DNA of 33,953 bases from Prochlorotrichaceae cyanobacterium CTOTU29312 (lineage in GTDB: Bacteria > Cyanobacteriota > Cyanobacteriia > Prochlorotrichales > Prochlorotrichaceae): contig DALYGI010000002.1 in the NCBI GenBank assembly GCA_031971595.1, positions 1-33,953 on the forward strand, given 5' to 3'. The notes under the pieces were generated by a model that was not told the origin of the DNA, searched no databases, and saw only the letters and a list, made by a program, of their open reading frames with translations. This document shows positions 8,055 to 17,148 of the stretch, piece by piece; position 1 is the first letter of the stretch, and the number at the start of each line of letters is the position of its first letter. The translations under genes and the position numbers were made by a program.

Positions 8055-10832
8055 TTAAGAGTCTGGCTCGCCGTCCAGATCTTCCGCTAGCTCTAAATGT
8101 TCATCCTCTAGATCCTCTAAATCATCTTCCAAGTCTTCCACCAACGCCTCCGCCGCATTGGGCAATGCAATCACTTCCCGGATGGGGAAACGATCGATCA
8201 GTTGAATGGCTCGAATGGCATTCCGTTTCAATTCTTCCCCTAGGTGCGGCGCGTGGGGAATTTGGTTCAAAAAGTCCAATGTGCGGCGGATAATCCGTAC
8301 TACGTCCCCTTCGTCTAGGTTGGTATTGCTGCACAGTTCCATCCAAGTTACCCCCAATGCCCACTGTTCGCACAGCCCCACAAATTCCAGTTCGTACCAA
8401 ACGGGTAGGGCAATTTGTTGGCGGTGTTGGACTTGAAAGAGGCGGCGACGGGTGCTTCGCAGGGGATCCAAGGCTTCGACCACTTGGATGGGGACGGGGT
8501 AACGAATCCACACATCGGGGCGAGACACTTCTGCCACTAGGGCTTGGCAGGCGGCGGCTAAGTGGTGGGGGGGCAGGTCATCTAAGACACCGGAGGTAAG
8601 GGCTAATCCTAGCCAGAGTTCGTTGTCTCCCCGCAGGGCAGAAACCGTTTCCCCTAGGGGGGTGGGGTTTAAGCCCTCTAGACAGTCAAAGTCCCGCAGC
8701 ACGTCCATCAAGCTTAGAAATTCGTCCCAGTGCCGATGGGTGTACCGTTGCAGTTTTTCCCGACGATCGTTTAAGTCGGCTTCAATTTGTTCTAGGCGTT
8801 TTTGCCGCTTTAAGAGCCGCCCCCGGCTGTCCCAGTGGTGAACGGGATGGCTTTCCACTTGGCTTTGTACGGCGCTGACCCGTGCGGCTTGGGTTTGGAC
8901 TTCTTCGGCGGTGTCGGTTATGGAGAGGCTGGCACTGTGGCGAGAGAGTAAGTGGGCGACTTTTTGGCTGAGGGGCCAGGTGGTGCCGTCCCCTTTGCGT
9001 CGGTAACCGGGGCGGGGTTCTAAGCCACTGGGCAGAGGCAGGTGATCCACTTCGGACAGGCGGCAGAGTTCGCCGTGTAAGCCCACTACGTCACTGGTGG
9101 TGAGGATGTACCAATGGTTGTCCGCTGCTAAACAGACCAGGTAGGGATATTCACTGCCACTGGCTAATTTGGTAAACAGGACGGCGGGTAAGGGGGTTGC
9201 CACGGGAACGTGTTTCCCTTTGAGGCTCACCAAGGTTCCGGCCACCGCAAAGCTGAGAGCCACGGCCATGCTGCTGACGATGTGCTCCTCCGCTTGACCT
9301 TGGAGAATTTTGAGTAGGCGTTTTTCTTCCTTGAGGCGACCTTTGAGCTTTTCGTATTGATCAAACTGTGTCCAATCAATGCCCTCCAGTTGACCCAGGA
9401 GTTCTGATCGCTCCCGCTCTAGGGCAACGATCGCCTCCTGTTGGGGTTTGAGGGTCAGCAATGCGAGGTAGCGGCCAAAGCTGCGCTCTACCAGTTCTTT
9501 CGCTTGCTCCAGGGTATGAATTTGCAGGAGGTTCAGCACCATGCCATAACTGGGAGTAAACTGACTGACCAGAGGATCCGCTTTGGCGGTGGCCAGGTAC
9601 AGCGCCTCTTTAACCCCCTGGAACCGGCTCTGGACAATGACCACATAGCCCTGTTCATCCATGCCCCGCCGACCGGCCCGACCCGCCATTTGCAAAAATT
9701 CTGAGGGAAAGAGCAGGCGGTGACCCTCATCGGTGCGTTTGGAGAGGGCGGAAATCACCGTGGTACGGGCGGGCATATTGATCCCGGCGGCCAGGGTTTC
9801 CGTGGCAAAGACCACCTTTACGAGCCCCTGTTGAAATAGTTCTTCAATTAAGCCTTTCCAGGCTGGTAACACCCCCGCATGGTGGGCCGCAATGCCTCGC
9901 TGCAAAGCCTCCACCTGATTGGCCCGCAGGGCTTCCGGGTTGTACTGGGCAAATTCTTCGATGTGGGCTTTGAGAATTTCCGCTTCCCTAGGGCTAACCA
10001 AATTGAGATCGCGGCATTCCTCCACCGCTTTGTCGCAGCCCCGACGGCTAAAAATGAAGTAAATGGCCGGGAGCATCTGACGTTCCCGCAGTTGGTTAAT
10101 GGCAAAGACAATACTGGGGGCATCCGGTTGTTTGCGGGTGGGTTTGCCCTTGTCTTTTTTGAGTTGATTTTTAAAGCCAGGGTGTAGGGTGGTTCCCGAT
10201 GGATCCAGCAGGGGAAAGAGCCCTGCTTTACTGCAAAACCCAAAATGCAGGGGCACCGGACGAAAATCAGAATAAATTAAATCCGTGGGGCCATGAACTT
10301 CGCTAATCCAGTCCGTGAGTTGTTCACTATTAGCGATCGTTGCGGAGAGGGCCACCAGTTGCACCGTGGGGGGGGCATAAATAATCGATTCTTCCCAGAC
10401 CGTCCCCCGATCCCGATCGTTCATGTAGTGGCACTCATCCAGCACCACCGTTTCCACCCCTTCCATGGAGGTGCCCACCTGGCCAATGGGAGTGCCGTAG
10501 AGCATATTGCGGAAAATTTCCGTGGTCATCACCAGCACCGGGGCATCCCGATTAATGGAAATATCCCCCGTGAGCAGCCCAACCCGATCGGCCCCAAAGG
10601 TGTCCCGCAAATCCCGCAGTTTTCGGTTAGAGAGCGCTTTAAGGGGAGTGGTGTAGAGAACCCGCTTTTGCCGCTCTAGAGCACGATGGATGGCATATTC
10701 TCCAATCAAAGTTTTCCCGGAACCCGTGGGGGCACACACCACCACCGAACGCCCGGCCTCCAGCGCATCGATCGCTTCTTGCTGAAACGGGTCTAAGGGA
10801 AAGGGAAATAACGCGGCGATGTCCAGGCTCAA
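8055..10832 (-). CDS. Ski2-like DEAD/DEAH-box (superfamily 2) helicase
   Basis: Motif I CAPTGSGKT, II VLDECHYM, III LSATIAN, Ski2-typical AAHHAGVLPAWK, VI QMAGRAGRRG. Long C-terminal domain and acidic tail. The TTG start is uncertain. Confidence 0.9.
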   Translation of the reverse strand: MSLDIAALFPFPLDPFQQEAIDALEAGRSVVVCAPTGSGKTLIGEYAIHRALERQKRVLYTTPLKALSNRKLRDLRDTFGADRVGLLTGDISINRDAPVLVMTTEIFRNMLYGTPIGQVGTSMEGVETVVLDECHYMNDRDRGTVWEESIIYAPPTVQLVALSATIANSEQLTDWISEVHGPTDLIYSDFRPVPLHFGFCSKAGLFPLLDPSGTTLHPGFKNQLKKDKGKPTRKQPDAPSIVFAINQLRERQMLPAIYFIFSRRGCDKAVEECRDLNLVSPREAEILKAHIEEFAQYNPEALRANQVEALQRGIAAHHAGVLPAWKGLIEELFQQGLVKVVFATETLAAGINMPARTTVISALSKRTDEGHRLLFPSEFLQMAGRAGRRGMDEQGYVVIVQSRFQGVKEALYLATAKADPLVSQFTPSYGMVLNLLQIHTLEQAKELVERSFGRYLALLTLKPQQEAIVALERERSELLGQLEGIDWTQFDQYEKLKGRLKEEKRLLKILQGQAEEHIVSSMAVALSFAVAGTLVSLKGKHVPVATPLPAVLFTKLASGSEYPYLVCLAADNHWYILTTSDVVGLHGELCRLSEVDHLPLPSGLEPRPGYRRKGDGTTWPLSQKVAHLLSRHSASLSITDTAEEVQTQAARVSAVQSQVESHPVHHWDSRGRLLKRQKRLEQIEADLNDRREKLQRYTHRHWDEFLSLMDVLRDFDCLEGLNPTPLGETVSALRGDNELWLGLALTSGVLDDLPPHHLAAACQALVAEVSRPDVWIRYPVPIQVVEALDPLRSTRRRLFQVQHRQQIALPVWYELEFVGLCEQWALGVTWMELCSNTNLDEGDVVRIIRRTLDFLNQIPHAPHLGEELKRNAIRAIQLIDRFPIREVIALPNAAEALVEDLEDDLEDLEDEHLELAEDLDGEPDS

Positions 10833-10967
10833 GGGGAAACCCCAATACTTAATTACAAAACTTTTCTATTCTACCCGATCGGCGATCGTCCTAGGGAAAT
10901 CCCGATCTGCAACGATGCAACGATCCGTTGAACCTTGGTCAAAAAAGCATAGACCGGTGTTCTTGTG

Positions 10968-10997
10968 TTGACATTGTATATACAAATTTCTTAGAGT
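10968..10997 (+). promoter_or_regulatory. candidate tacAT promoter with palindromic operator
   Basis: TTGACA at 10968-10973, an 18-nt spacer, then TAGAGT at 10992-10997. The spacer contains the perfect 12-bp palindrome TTGTATATACAA (10974-10985). AAGGAG at 11014-11019 lies 8 nt before the ATG at 11028. Confidence 0.4.
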
Positions 10998-11027
10998 AGG
11001 AGAGTGTTCTAGCAAGGAGTACGTGCT

Positions 11028-11330
11028 ATGTATACCTCAGGGGCATATACCTCAGGGTCAGCTAGCCAGATCCGTGATGTCACAATCAATATCCGAGCGA
11101 AGCAGCACCAGCGGGATCTCATTGATCGGGCGGCTGAAGTGCAGGGTAAGAGCCGTTCAGAGTTTATGCTGGAATCAGCCTATCAGAAAGCCCAAGATGT
11201 GCTTCTCGATCGAAGTTTCTTTGGGCTAGATCAGCATAAATTTGAGCAGTTTCTGGCATTGCTAGATGCGCTCCCTACCGCAGATGAGAAACTACACACC
11301 TTACTGACCACTAAGGCTCCGTGGGATTAG
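11028..11330 (+). CDS. tacA: TacA-family (DUF1778) type II antitoxin
   Basis: INIRAKQHQRDLIDRAAEVQGKSRSEFMLESAYQKAQDVLLDR matches the DUF1778 ribbon-helix-helix antitoxin pattern. The 3' end overlaps the GNAT gene by 10 nt. Confidence 0.8.
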   Translation: MYTSGAYTSGSASQIRDVTINIRAKQHQRDLIDRAAEVQGKSRSEFMLESAYQKAQDVLLDRSFFGLDQHKFEQFLALLDALPTADEKLHTLLTTKAPWD

Positions 11331-11839
11331 ATCAAGGTCAGATCCGCCCACCGGAGAAACTGAGTCCGTCACACCCCATTGAAGACTTTGACTCAGGTAA
11401 TAGTCAGCTAGACGAGTGGCTGAAGCGTCGTGCGCTGAAAAATGAGCAGGAAGGGGCTTCACGCACTTATGTGCTGTGTGCGGGGGAAACAGTCATTGCG
11501 TACTACTGTCTCGCCGTTGGAGCGGTGGCACAAGCTTCGGCAACGGGTTCTATTCGACGTAATATGCCCAATCCCATTCCACTGATGGTCATTGGACGAC
11601 TGGCGGTGGATCGGCGTTGGCAAGGTCAAGGAATAGGGCGTGCCCTACTGCGGGATGCAATTCTTCGTACCCTCCAAGCGGCTGAGATTGCTGGCATACG
11701 TGCAATTTTGGTACACGCGATCTCAGAAGAGGCGAAGCGATTTTATGAGAAGTGTGGTTTCACTGCTTCGCCAGTGGATCCGATGACGCTGATGCTAAAA
11801 GTGAAAGATGCTACTGCCTCCATTGGTTTGCCAGTCTAA
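11321..11839 (+). CDS. tacT: GNAT-family acetyltransferase toxin (TacT-like)
   Basis: GNAT motif A (RLAVDRRWQGQGIGRALLRDA) and the C-terminal FYEKCGF. Typical size and overlapping arrangement with a DUF1778 gene. GTG start. Confidence 0.8.
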   Translation: MGLDQGQIRPPEKLSPSHPIEDFDSGNSQLDEWLKRRALKNEQEGASRTYVLCAGETVIAYYCLAVGAVAQASATGSIRRNMPNPIPLMVIGRLAVDRRWQGQGIGRALLRDAILRTLQAAEIAGIRAILVHAISEEAKRFYEKCGFTASPVDPMTLMLKVKDATASIGLPV

Positions 11840-11908
11840 ACGTTCTACGATTTATGTTACACTGATGCCAACATACCCTATAGTTAGCCGCTGGGGGAAA
11901 GAAATCCT

Positions 11909-12691
11909 ATGAAACGCAAGTTATTCTTTTTCATTGGGTTGGCGGCGTTGCTGTTTACAACACCTGTTAACGCCCAGGGCAAAGATCCACCCATTCCCGA
12001 TCTGCCGCCACAACACAGTTATGTAGTGGATACACTCAATTGGCTAAGCGAATCCCAAGAGCAAGAAATTAATACCATAGCAGGCCAACTCGATTCGGAA
12101 GGAAAAGCGCAGATTTATGTTGCCACTGTAGATAATTGTGGGATCGATAAAACACAATATCGTCATGATATTTTCAATTCTTGGGAAATCGGCACTCAAA
12201 AAAATAATGGTGGTTTATTGATTTTGGTTTGCTGGTATGGCGGAGATAAATCGCGGCGCAGTGTCGAAATAAAAACAGACACAAAGATGCAAATCATCAT
12301 TCCTGATGCTGTAACTGCGAAAACAGCAGAAAGTAATTTTGTCCCAGCGTTCCAAGAAAATCAACCTGGCACAGGGCTCGTAAAAATGGTTCTGATTTTC
12401 GACGGTATTATCCGGGGTACAAAATCAGCCCCACCATGGCAAACAATTGACAATTTATGGGTATGGGTAATCCTGTTATTGCCATTCTCCCTTTTGATTT
12501 TGCGTCGTCGTTTCGGTAGTGGTCGTCGTCTTTTTGGCAGCCGTCGTCGTTTCGGTAGTAGTCGTATTGGCAGCGGTCGCCGTTTCGGTAGTGGTCGGCG
12601 CTACAGCAGTGTTCGGAACTACGGCAGTGGTCACAGCGGCGGTAGTAAGAGCGGCGGTGGCGATGGTGGTGGTAGTTCCACCAATTTTTAG
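11909..12691 (+). CDS. TPM-domain (YgcG-like) protein with transmembrane segment and Arg/Gly/Ser-rich repeat tail
   Basis: Signal peptide, then a TPM-like core (YVVDTLNWLSESQEQEINTIAGQLDSEGKAQIYVATV). TM segment WVWVILLLPFSLLIL, then a tail RRRFGSGRRLFGSRRRFGSSRIGSGRRFGSGRRYSS...GGSKSGGGDGGG. Confidence 0.8.
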   Translation: MKRKLFFFIGLAALLFTTPVNAQGKDPPIPDLPPQHSYVVDTLNWLSESQEQEINTIAGQLDSEGKAQIYVATVDNCGIDKTQYRHDIFNSWEIGTQKNNGGLLILVCWYGGDKSRRSVEIKTDTKMQIIIPDAVTAKTAESNFVPAFQENQPGTGLVKMVLIFDGIIRGTKSAPPWQTIDNLWVWVILLLPFSLLILRRRFGSGRRLFGSRRRFGSSRIGSGRRFGSGRRYSSVRNYGSGHSGGSKSGGGDGGGSSTNF

Positions 12692-12845
12692 TTTTTGACA
12701 AAAAACGATCGCATCATTCCAGGTCACGCACCTCACAGGACGGTCTAAATCTTCAAAATATTCCTTGACAGCGTAGGGAATCTTCCACTAAAGAAGTACC
12801 AAAGCGATGGATTAAATCTTGGAGGGCTTGTCGAGGGTCTGCCAT
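12690..12845 (-). pseudogene. decayed remnant of an FGE-sulfatase (SUMF1)-domain gene
   Basis: Minus strand: a 30-codon ORF from ATG 12845 (MADPRQALQDLIHRFGTSLVEDSLRCQGIF*). After a frame change comes RCVTWNDAIVFCQKL, which matches the FGE motif VsW.dA.aFC.wL. This second piece abuts the 3' end of the TPM gene. Confidence 0.5.
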
Positions 12846-12904
12846 AGCTCAAAAAAGGTAAAATCTAAAGCTTGGGAATGCAAACTTTATAACCTGGATT
12901 TCAC

Positions 12905-12950
12905 CACAAAGAGACAAAAGCCTCGAAGGAATTCCTTTGTGTTCTTTGTG
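12905..12950. repeat. imperfect inverted repeat (16-nt arms, 14/16 complementary, 14-nt loop)
   Basis: CACAAAGAGACAAAAG (12905-12920) pairs with CTTTGTGTTCTTTGTG (12935-12950). It lies between two convergent genes. Confidence 0.6.
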
Positions 12951-13024
12951 CCTCTGTGGTTTAATCCTGAACTTTTCGGTTTATTTAATTCACGATCCTT
13001 ACCAACTACGGAGAGTAAACGATC

Positions 13025-13089
13025 GATCCCTGGCTTCTTGTTCAATGGAGTTGAAAGGTCTTCCACAAAACCAACAGAAACCCGGGATC
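13025..13089. mobile_element. 65-bp MITE-like palindromic element (same family as 33477-33629)
   Basis: Termini GATCCCTGGCTTCT (13025-13038) and AGAAACCCGGGATC (13076-13089) are inverted copies of GATCCCCGGTTTCT with 1-2 mismatches. The interior shares GTTGGTTTT (as reverse complement) with the unit at 33477. Confidence 0.55.
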
Positions 13090-13110
13090 GTTGTACGCTT
13101 ACGCTGCGAT

Positions 13111-15324
13111 CTAACCCAGTAACCCCAGCGATCGTTCCACTAAGGTCTGGGCCGTGATGCCATTAAAGGCCATTAACTCCCCTGCGGAGGCGGTGGTTTC
13201 ACCCCGTTTCCAAGCCACCACGTCACGGGGTTGAGTGCTACGCAGTAACACCGGCTCTAAGGGCGCACTGGAACCGCCACTCACCGCAATCAGGGCATCC
13301 CCTCCAAAGAGGGCACTGAACTCCTCGTTACTCAGGAAAGTGCCATCCGGCTCGGAGCAAGTATCCCAAGCCACGTCTGTGGGTCGATACAACCGTCGAG
13401 GGTTAACTACGGAAATGATCTTACTGCCAATCCCCCGATCGCTGAGTTGCTGGGCAGCGGCATAGACGGGTTGTAAAATCATGTCCCCAATCACTGGGAA
13501 CACTACGGTTTGAGTGCCGGATAACTCCTGAAGAACGATCGCTCCTTTCTCTAGGGCTTGGCGGGCTTGATCAAAGCTGGTATAGAGGGGCAGGGAGGAT
13601 TTGCTAGCAGTAATGGTAATACCTTTGTTCTTTTGAGCCAGTGCCCACTCGTAGCACACCTGAATGCTGTTGGCATCGGTGGGGAAGAGGGGAAAGACGT
13701 TCCCGTTCCGCATCATGGCGGCAAAGTAGTTTTCCACTTCTGGGCGTTGGTGAGTCCAGCCGTTGCGCCCCTGCTCTAGGGCTCCGGCGGTAAACAGGCA
13801 CACCGTTGCGGGGGTGGGATGACGCAGTTCGGCCATGGCTTGACACACGGTTTGCCACAGGGGTAACCCATTAATCACAAAGGATTCGTAGGAACACCAG
13901 AGGGTACGACCGCCAAAGAGGGCGAGTGCCGCCGCAAAACCGGCGCAGGCATCTTCACTGAGGGGCTCGTACACCTGACCCGTGGGGCCTTGATAGTACA
14001 CATCATCTACAGTGGGGTGAACAATTTTCAGGGCTTGGTTGATGTTGTTAATCCCAGAAGCGGCGTTACCATCCGCATTGGTGACCACAAAGCTCCGATC
14101 CCGTTGACCCACCTGGGCGACGATCGCTCCCATGGCGGTGGTGGCCACTTGCTTTTCGCCTACGCTATATTCCTGAAGGGTAACTCCCTCTAGGGACGGA
14201 AGCGATCGTTCAAATTCGGTGGCGACGGTTTTAGAGGCAGGTCCACCTCCCGATCGTTCATAGTTGGTGCGTACTAAATTCCAGGCTTCGGGGGATAGGG
14301 CTAACCCCTTGAGGGCATTGGCCATGTAGTCCTTCTCTAGGGTGTCACCGGGGTAAAGGTTGTGGGACTGAGCCCCCCGTTTGTGAACCCCTGCCCCTTT
14401 GAGTTGCTTGAAGATCAGCACCGTTAACGTGCCACTGAGGGCTGCTTTAGCGGCCTCATCCACTGCGGCCAGGGTGGCTTTCATAAAGGCTTGTCGCTGT
14501 GCCCAGGAGAAGCGGGTACTGTCTACAAATTCCCCGTCCTGTTGAGCATCATCAAAGTCTTTAGCGTTCACCAGTACTACTTTCTTAAAGCCGTTTCCTG
14601 TCCAATAGGCGATCATTTCCTCATTGGATTTCGTGGATACCATGCTGTGATGCTCTTGGGAGTAGCCATTCCACACCAGCACGGGCAGGAAGTTGGTCAC
14701 CTGGGGATAGGCGGTATTAAAGTGAGCCATACTACTCATGATGTAGGGCTCCCCTAGCCCCCCATCGCCGATCGTTACGGGAAAGAGGGTATCCCGATTG
14801 AGCCAAGCCCCGGCCATGGCGAAGTGTTGGCCTTGACCGAGGGGGCCAGCGGGGTTGAGCAAACCGGGAATAAAGCCGGAGAGGTGGCCCAGCAGTCCAT
14901 GGCGTTCCCGAAATCGATCGCCGAGGTTCTGCACTGTTTTGATGCCCATATCCTCTAGGGAACGATCGAGAAAGACCTGGCTATAGAAACCGGGGGCGTG
15001 GTGTCCCACTTCCGTAATGATGTGTTTATAGCCCAGCATCACCAGGGCTGCCATCACCTCCGCCACACTCGCAAAACCGCCCGGATGGCCCGACTCCTTG
15101 CTGCCGGTAATGTGTAAGGTCAGATAGCGGAGGGCATCCGCCGCCAACAGGGTCTGGCCGATCGCTGCGGGATCCGTAGGGTCTGGGATCGCCGTTTGTC
15201 CCTCAGGGATGGCTGGCTGTTGGCCCCACTGGTCAAAACCAGGTAAGGGATCGCCAAAATACTGGATCCCTTCACAGAAGGCGGGATGGGTGGATGGTGC
15301 AGAACCGGTTGCAGAAGTTGTCAT
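13111..15324 (-). CDS. transketolase-like thiamine-diphosphate-dependent enzyme (divergent)
   Basis: TK-type N-terminal motif SGHPGGFASVAEVMAAL, ThDP-binding GDG motif TIGDGGLGEPYIMSS, and Pyr-domain-like middle/C-terminal regions. At 737 aa it clearly differs from canonical cyanobacterial Tkt. Confidence 0.7.
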   Translation of the reverse strand: MTTSATGSAPSTHPAFCEGIQYFGDPLPGFDQWGQQPAIPEGQTAIPDPTDPAAIGQTLLAADALRYLTLHITGSKESGHPGGFASVAEVMAALVMLGYKHIITEVGHHAPGFYSQVFLDRSLEDMGIKTVQNLGDRFRERHGLLGHLSGFIPGLLNPAGPLGQGQHFAMAGAWLNRDTLFPVTIGDGGLGEPYIMSSMAHFNTAYPQVTNFLPVLVWNGYSQEHHSMVSTKSNEEMIAYWTGNGFKKVVLVNAKDFDDAQQDGEFVDSTRFSWAQRQAFMKATLAAVDEAAKAALSGTLTVLIFKQLKGAGVHKRGAQSHNLYPGDTLEKDYMANALKGLALSPEAWNLVRTNYERSGGGPASKTVATEFERSLPSLEGVTLQEYSVGEKQVATTAMGAIVAQVGQRDRSFVVTNADGNAASGINNINQALKIVHPTVDDVYYQGPTGQVYEPLSEDACAGFAAALALFGGRTLWCSYESFVINGLPLWQTVCQAMAELRHPTPATVCLFTAGALEQGRNGWTHQRPEVENYFAAMMRNGNVFPLFPTDANSIQVCYEWALAQKNKGITITASKSSLPLYTSFDQARQALEKGAIVLQELSGTQTVVFPVIGDMILQPVYAAAQQLSDRGIGSKIISVVNPRRLYRPTDVAWDTCSEPDGTFLSNEEFSALFGGDALIAVSGGSSAPLEPVLLRSTQPRDVVAWKRGETTASAGELMAFNGITAQTLVERSLGLLG

Positions 15325-15499
15325 AAGAATACCTACAAAATACCGAACTCAGCCCCGAACGATCGCTGCTTAACCCCGGCAGGGCATGGCGGCGGTGAAT
15401 CAACGGGCGTGAGCAATGCGGATAGCGTCTGTCTCTATCATCCCCCCATTGGGATCAGGGGGTCAATGGTTAAAGGATTGAAGAATTGCGTAGGAATCC

Positions 15500-15958
15500 A
15501 TGGTAATTGTTATCATGGGGATGTTATTGAGAGGGACTGGACTTATGGCTTTAAACAAGGCACTGGTGGGCGCTGGTGTACTGTTGGGAGGGACGATCGG
15601 AGTTTTGGGCGTGACCAATCCTTCCCCTGAGCAGTATGCGGATTTTGCGGCTCAAAAGGCGGTGAACTATTTAGAGACGGAAATATGCACCGCAAGCTTG
15701 CCGATCGTGGGCAATTCGTTTCAGGATGAGTGTGTGAAAACGATGCAGTCTCCCGATACTCTCGCCCAGGTGCGATCGTTAATGCTTGAAAATACCCAGC
15801 GTCAAAACTATTTTTTGTTTAGTATTTATAAAACAGATTTGAATATTCAGGACTTAGTGCCTTTTTTACCGGCAAATCTCCTACCCCAGTATCAGGCTGA
15901 GAGTCTGGGAATCTTGACGTTTTTCCATACCTTTACCACCAAAAAAGCAGAACCTTAA
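15500..15958 (+). CDS. small membrane-anchored protein, DUF4359-like
   Basis: N-terminal hydrophobic segment, then TNPSPEQYADFAAQKAVNYLETEIC, typical of a cyanobacterial DUF. A likelier start is MALNKAL at about 15545. Confidence 0.5.
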   Translation: MVIVIMGMLLRGTGLMALNKALVGAGVLLGGTIGVLGVTNPSPEQYADFAAQKAVNYLETEICTASLPIVGNSFQDECVKTMQSPDTLAQVRSLMLENTQRQNYFLFSIYKTDLNIQDLVPFLPANLLPQYQAESLGILTFFHTFTTKKAEP

Positions 15959-17103
15959 GATAGACAAAAAAAACTCTTCCTCCAGTTTTCGTGATTTCTC
16001 TCCGTTGGGATCCACAGAAATCATCGTTTCTCTAGGGCGGGGGGTGGTGAGGGTTATCAAGCATGGGTTCTGTTCCTTTCAATTCCGATCCTATTCTGTG
16101 GCTACAAAACCGATCGCTAAGGACTGAGGCGGTGGGTTGTAAGGCGGCTATTTTAAGTGATTTTCAGTCTGCTGGTCTGGCCGTTCCTCCGGGGTTTATC
16201 CTCTCCCCTCAGTATTTTCAGGCGTTTCTTCAGGGGGTGACCTGGCCGGTGGCCGGCCCCGCTTATCCGGCCCGGCAGCTTTGGCAAAGTGCGGAGGGGT
16301 TGCAGCAGCAGGTTGATGGGCTGGCGTTTCCCCCCCAGTGGGAGCGATCGTTGCGGGGGGCCTATGAAGATCTGCGCGATCGTTTTCCCAATAGGTTATA
16401 CATTTTGCGCCCATCCCTGGGATCCATCCCCACCACTGGACTGTTGGATCCCATTCTTCACTCGTTGGGAACGGCGGATCCGGGGCGTTTGTGGTTGCGT
16501 TTTTGTGAAGATCTCCGATCGCTCTATCGCCAATGTTTTCAGGCGCGCAGTTTATTGTATTGGCACTATCATCACCACTCCCTGGCCCATCTTCCCTTGG
16601 CGGTGTTGGTGCAGCCCTTATTGCCTGCGGTGGCCACCGGGACGATCGAAATCTGTCCTCAGGAGATGAGGGTTTCTGCCACTTGGGGGATGGGGGCGGG
16701 GTTAATGCAAGGGGAAAGTGTACCCGATCGTTATGTCTGGAGGAGGGCGGAGTGGGCGACGCTCCAACTGGGGCGACAGTCCTGGGTTTATTGGCATCCT
16801 GAAACCCCTGTGGCGGTGAACTGTCCGGTGGAGGTGTTGTCCCCTGGGATGCGATCGGCCCTGACTCTTCAGCGGGTGATTCCAGAGGCCAAACACCAGC
16901 CAGTTTTAACCCCTGACCAACTCGCTATGTTGCGGGAGGAAGCCCTGGCCCTCTTGTCCCTTTTTGCGGATCTGGGCTCACTGGAGTGGATCTTTTCTCC
17001 TTCTCCCTCTAATCCGGCCCATCTGGATCTGGTCTGGACTCAGGGCACGGCGGCGGCTCCGCTGGATCAGTCCTTTAAAACCAGTGGGAACGATCGTTTT
17101 TCT

Positions 17104-17148
17104 ATATCAAACCAACCTATATCCCATCAACCTGTATCCAACCAACCA
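17104..17148 (+). repeat. 3 x 15-nt tandem repeat inside the CDS (ISNQP ISHQP VSNQP)
   Basis: ATATCAAACCAACCT / ATATCCCATCAACCT / GTATCCAACCAACCA, read directly. Confidence 0.85.

Noticed and set aside
8122-10845. Numerous 60-130-aa ORFs on both strands inside the helicase gene (for example 8122-8511, 9848-10243, 10293-10679).
   Set aside because: They are embedded in a well-supported 925-aa helicase CDS. Their Arg/Pro/Gly-rich composition is typical of off-frame reading of GC-rich coding DNA.
12408-12736. Minus-strand ORFs 12408-12701 and 12476-12736.
   Set aside because: They are mirror translations of the RG-repeat tail of the TPM gene. Only the first ~15 codons of 12476-12736 carry signal (the FGE-like fragment), and that is reported as a pseudogene.
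15286-15630. 114-aa ORF in the transketolase-like/DUF4359 intergenic region.
   Set aside because: It overlaps both neighbouring gene starts and has no motif. It is likely non-coding promoter DNA for the divergent genes.
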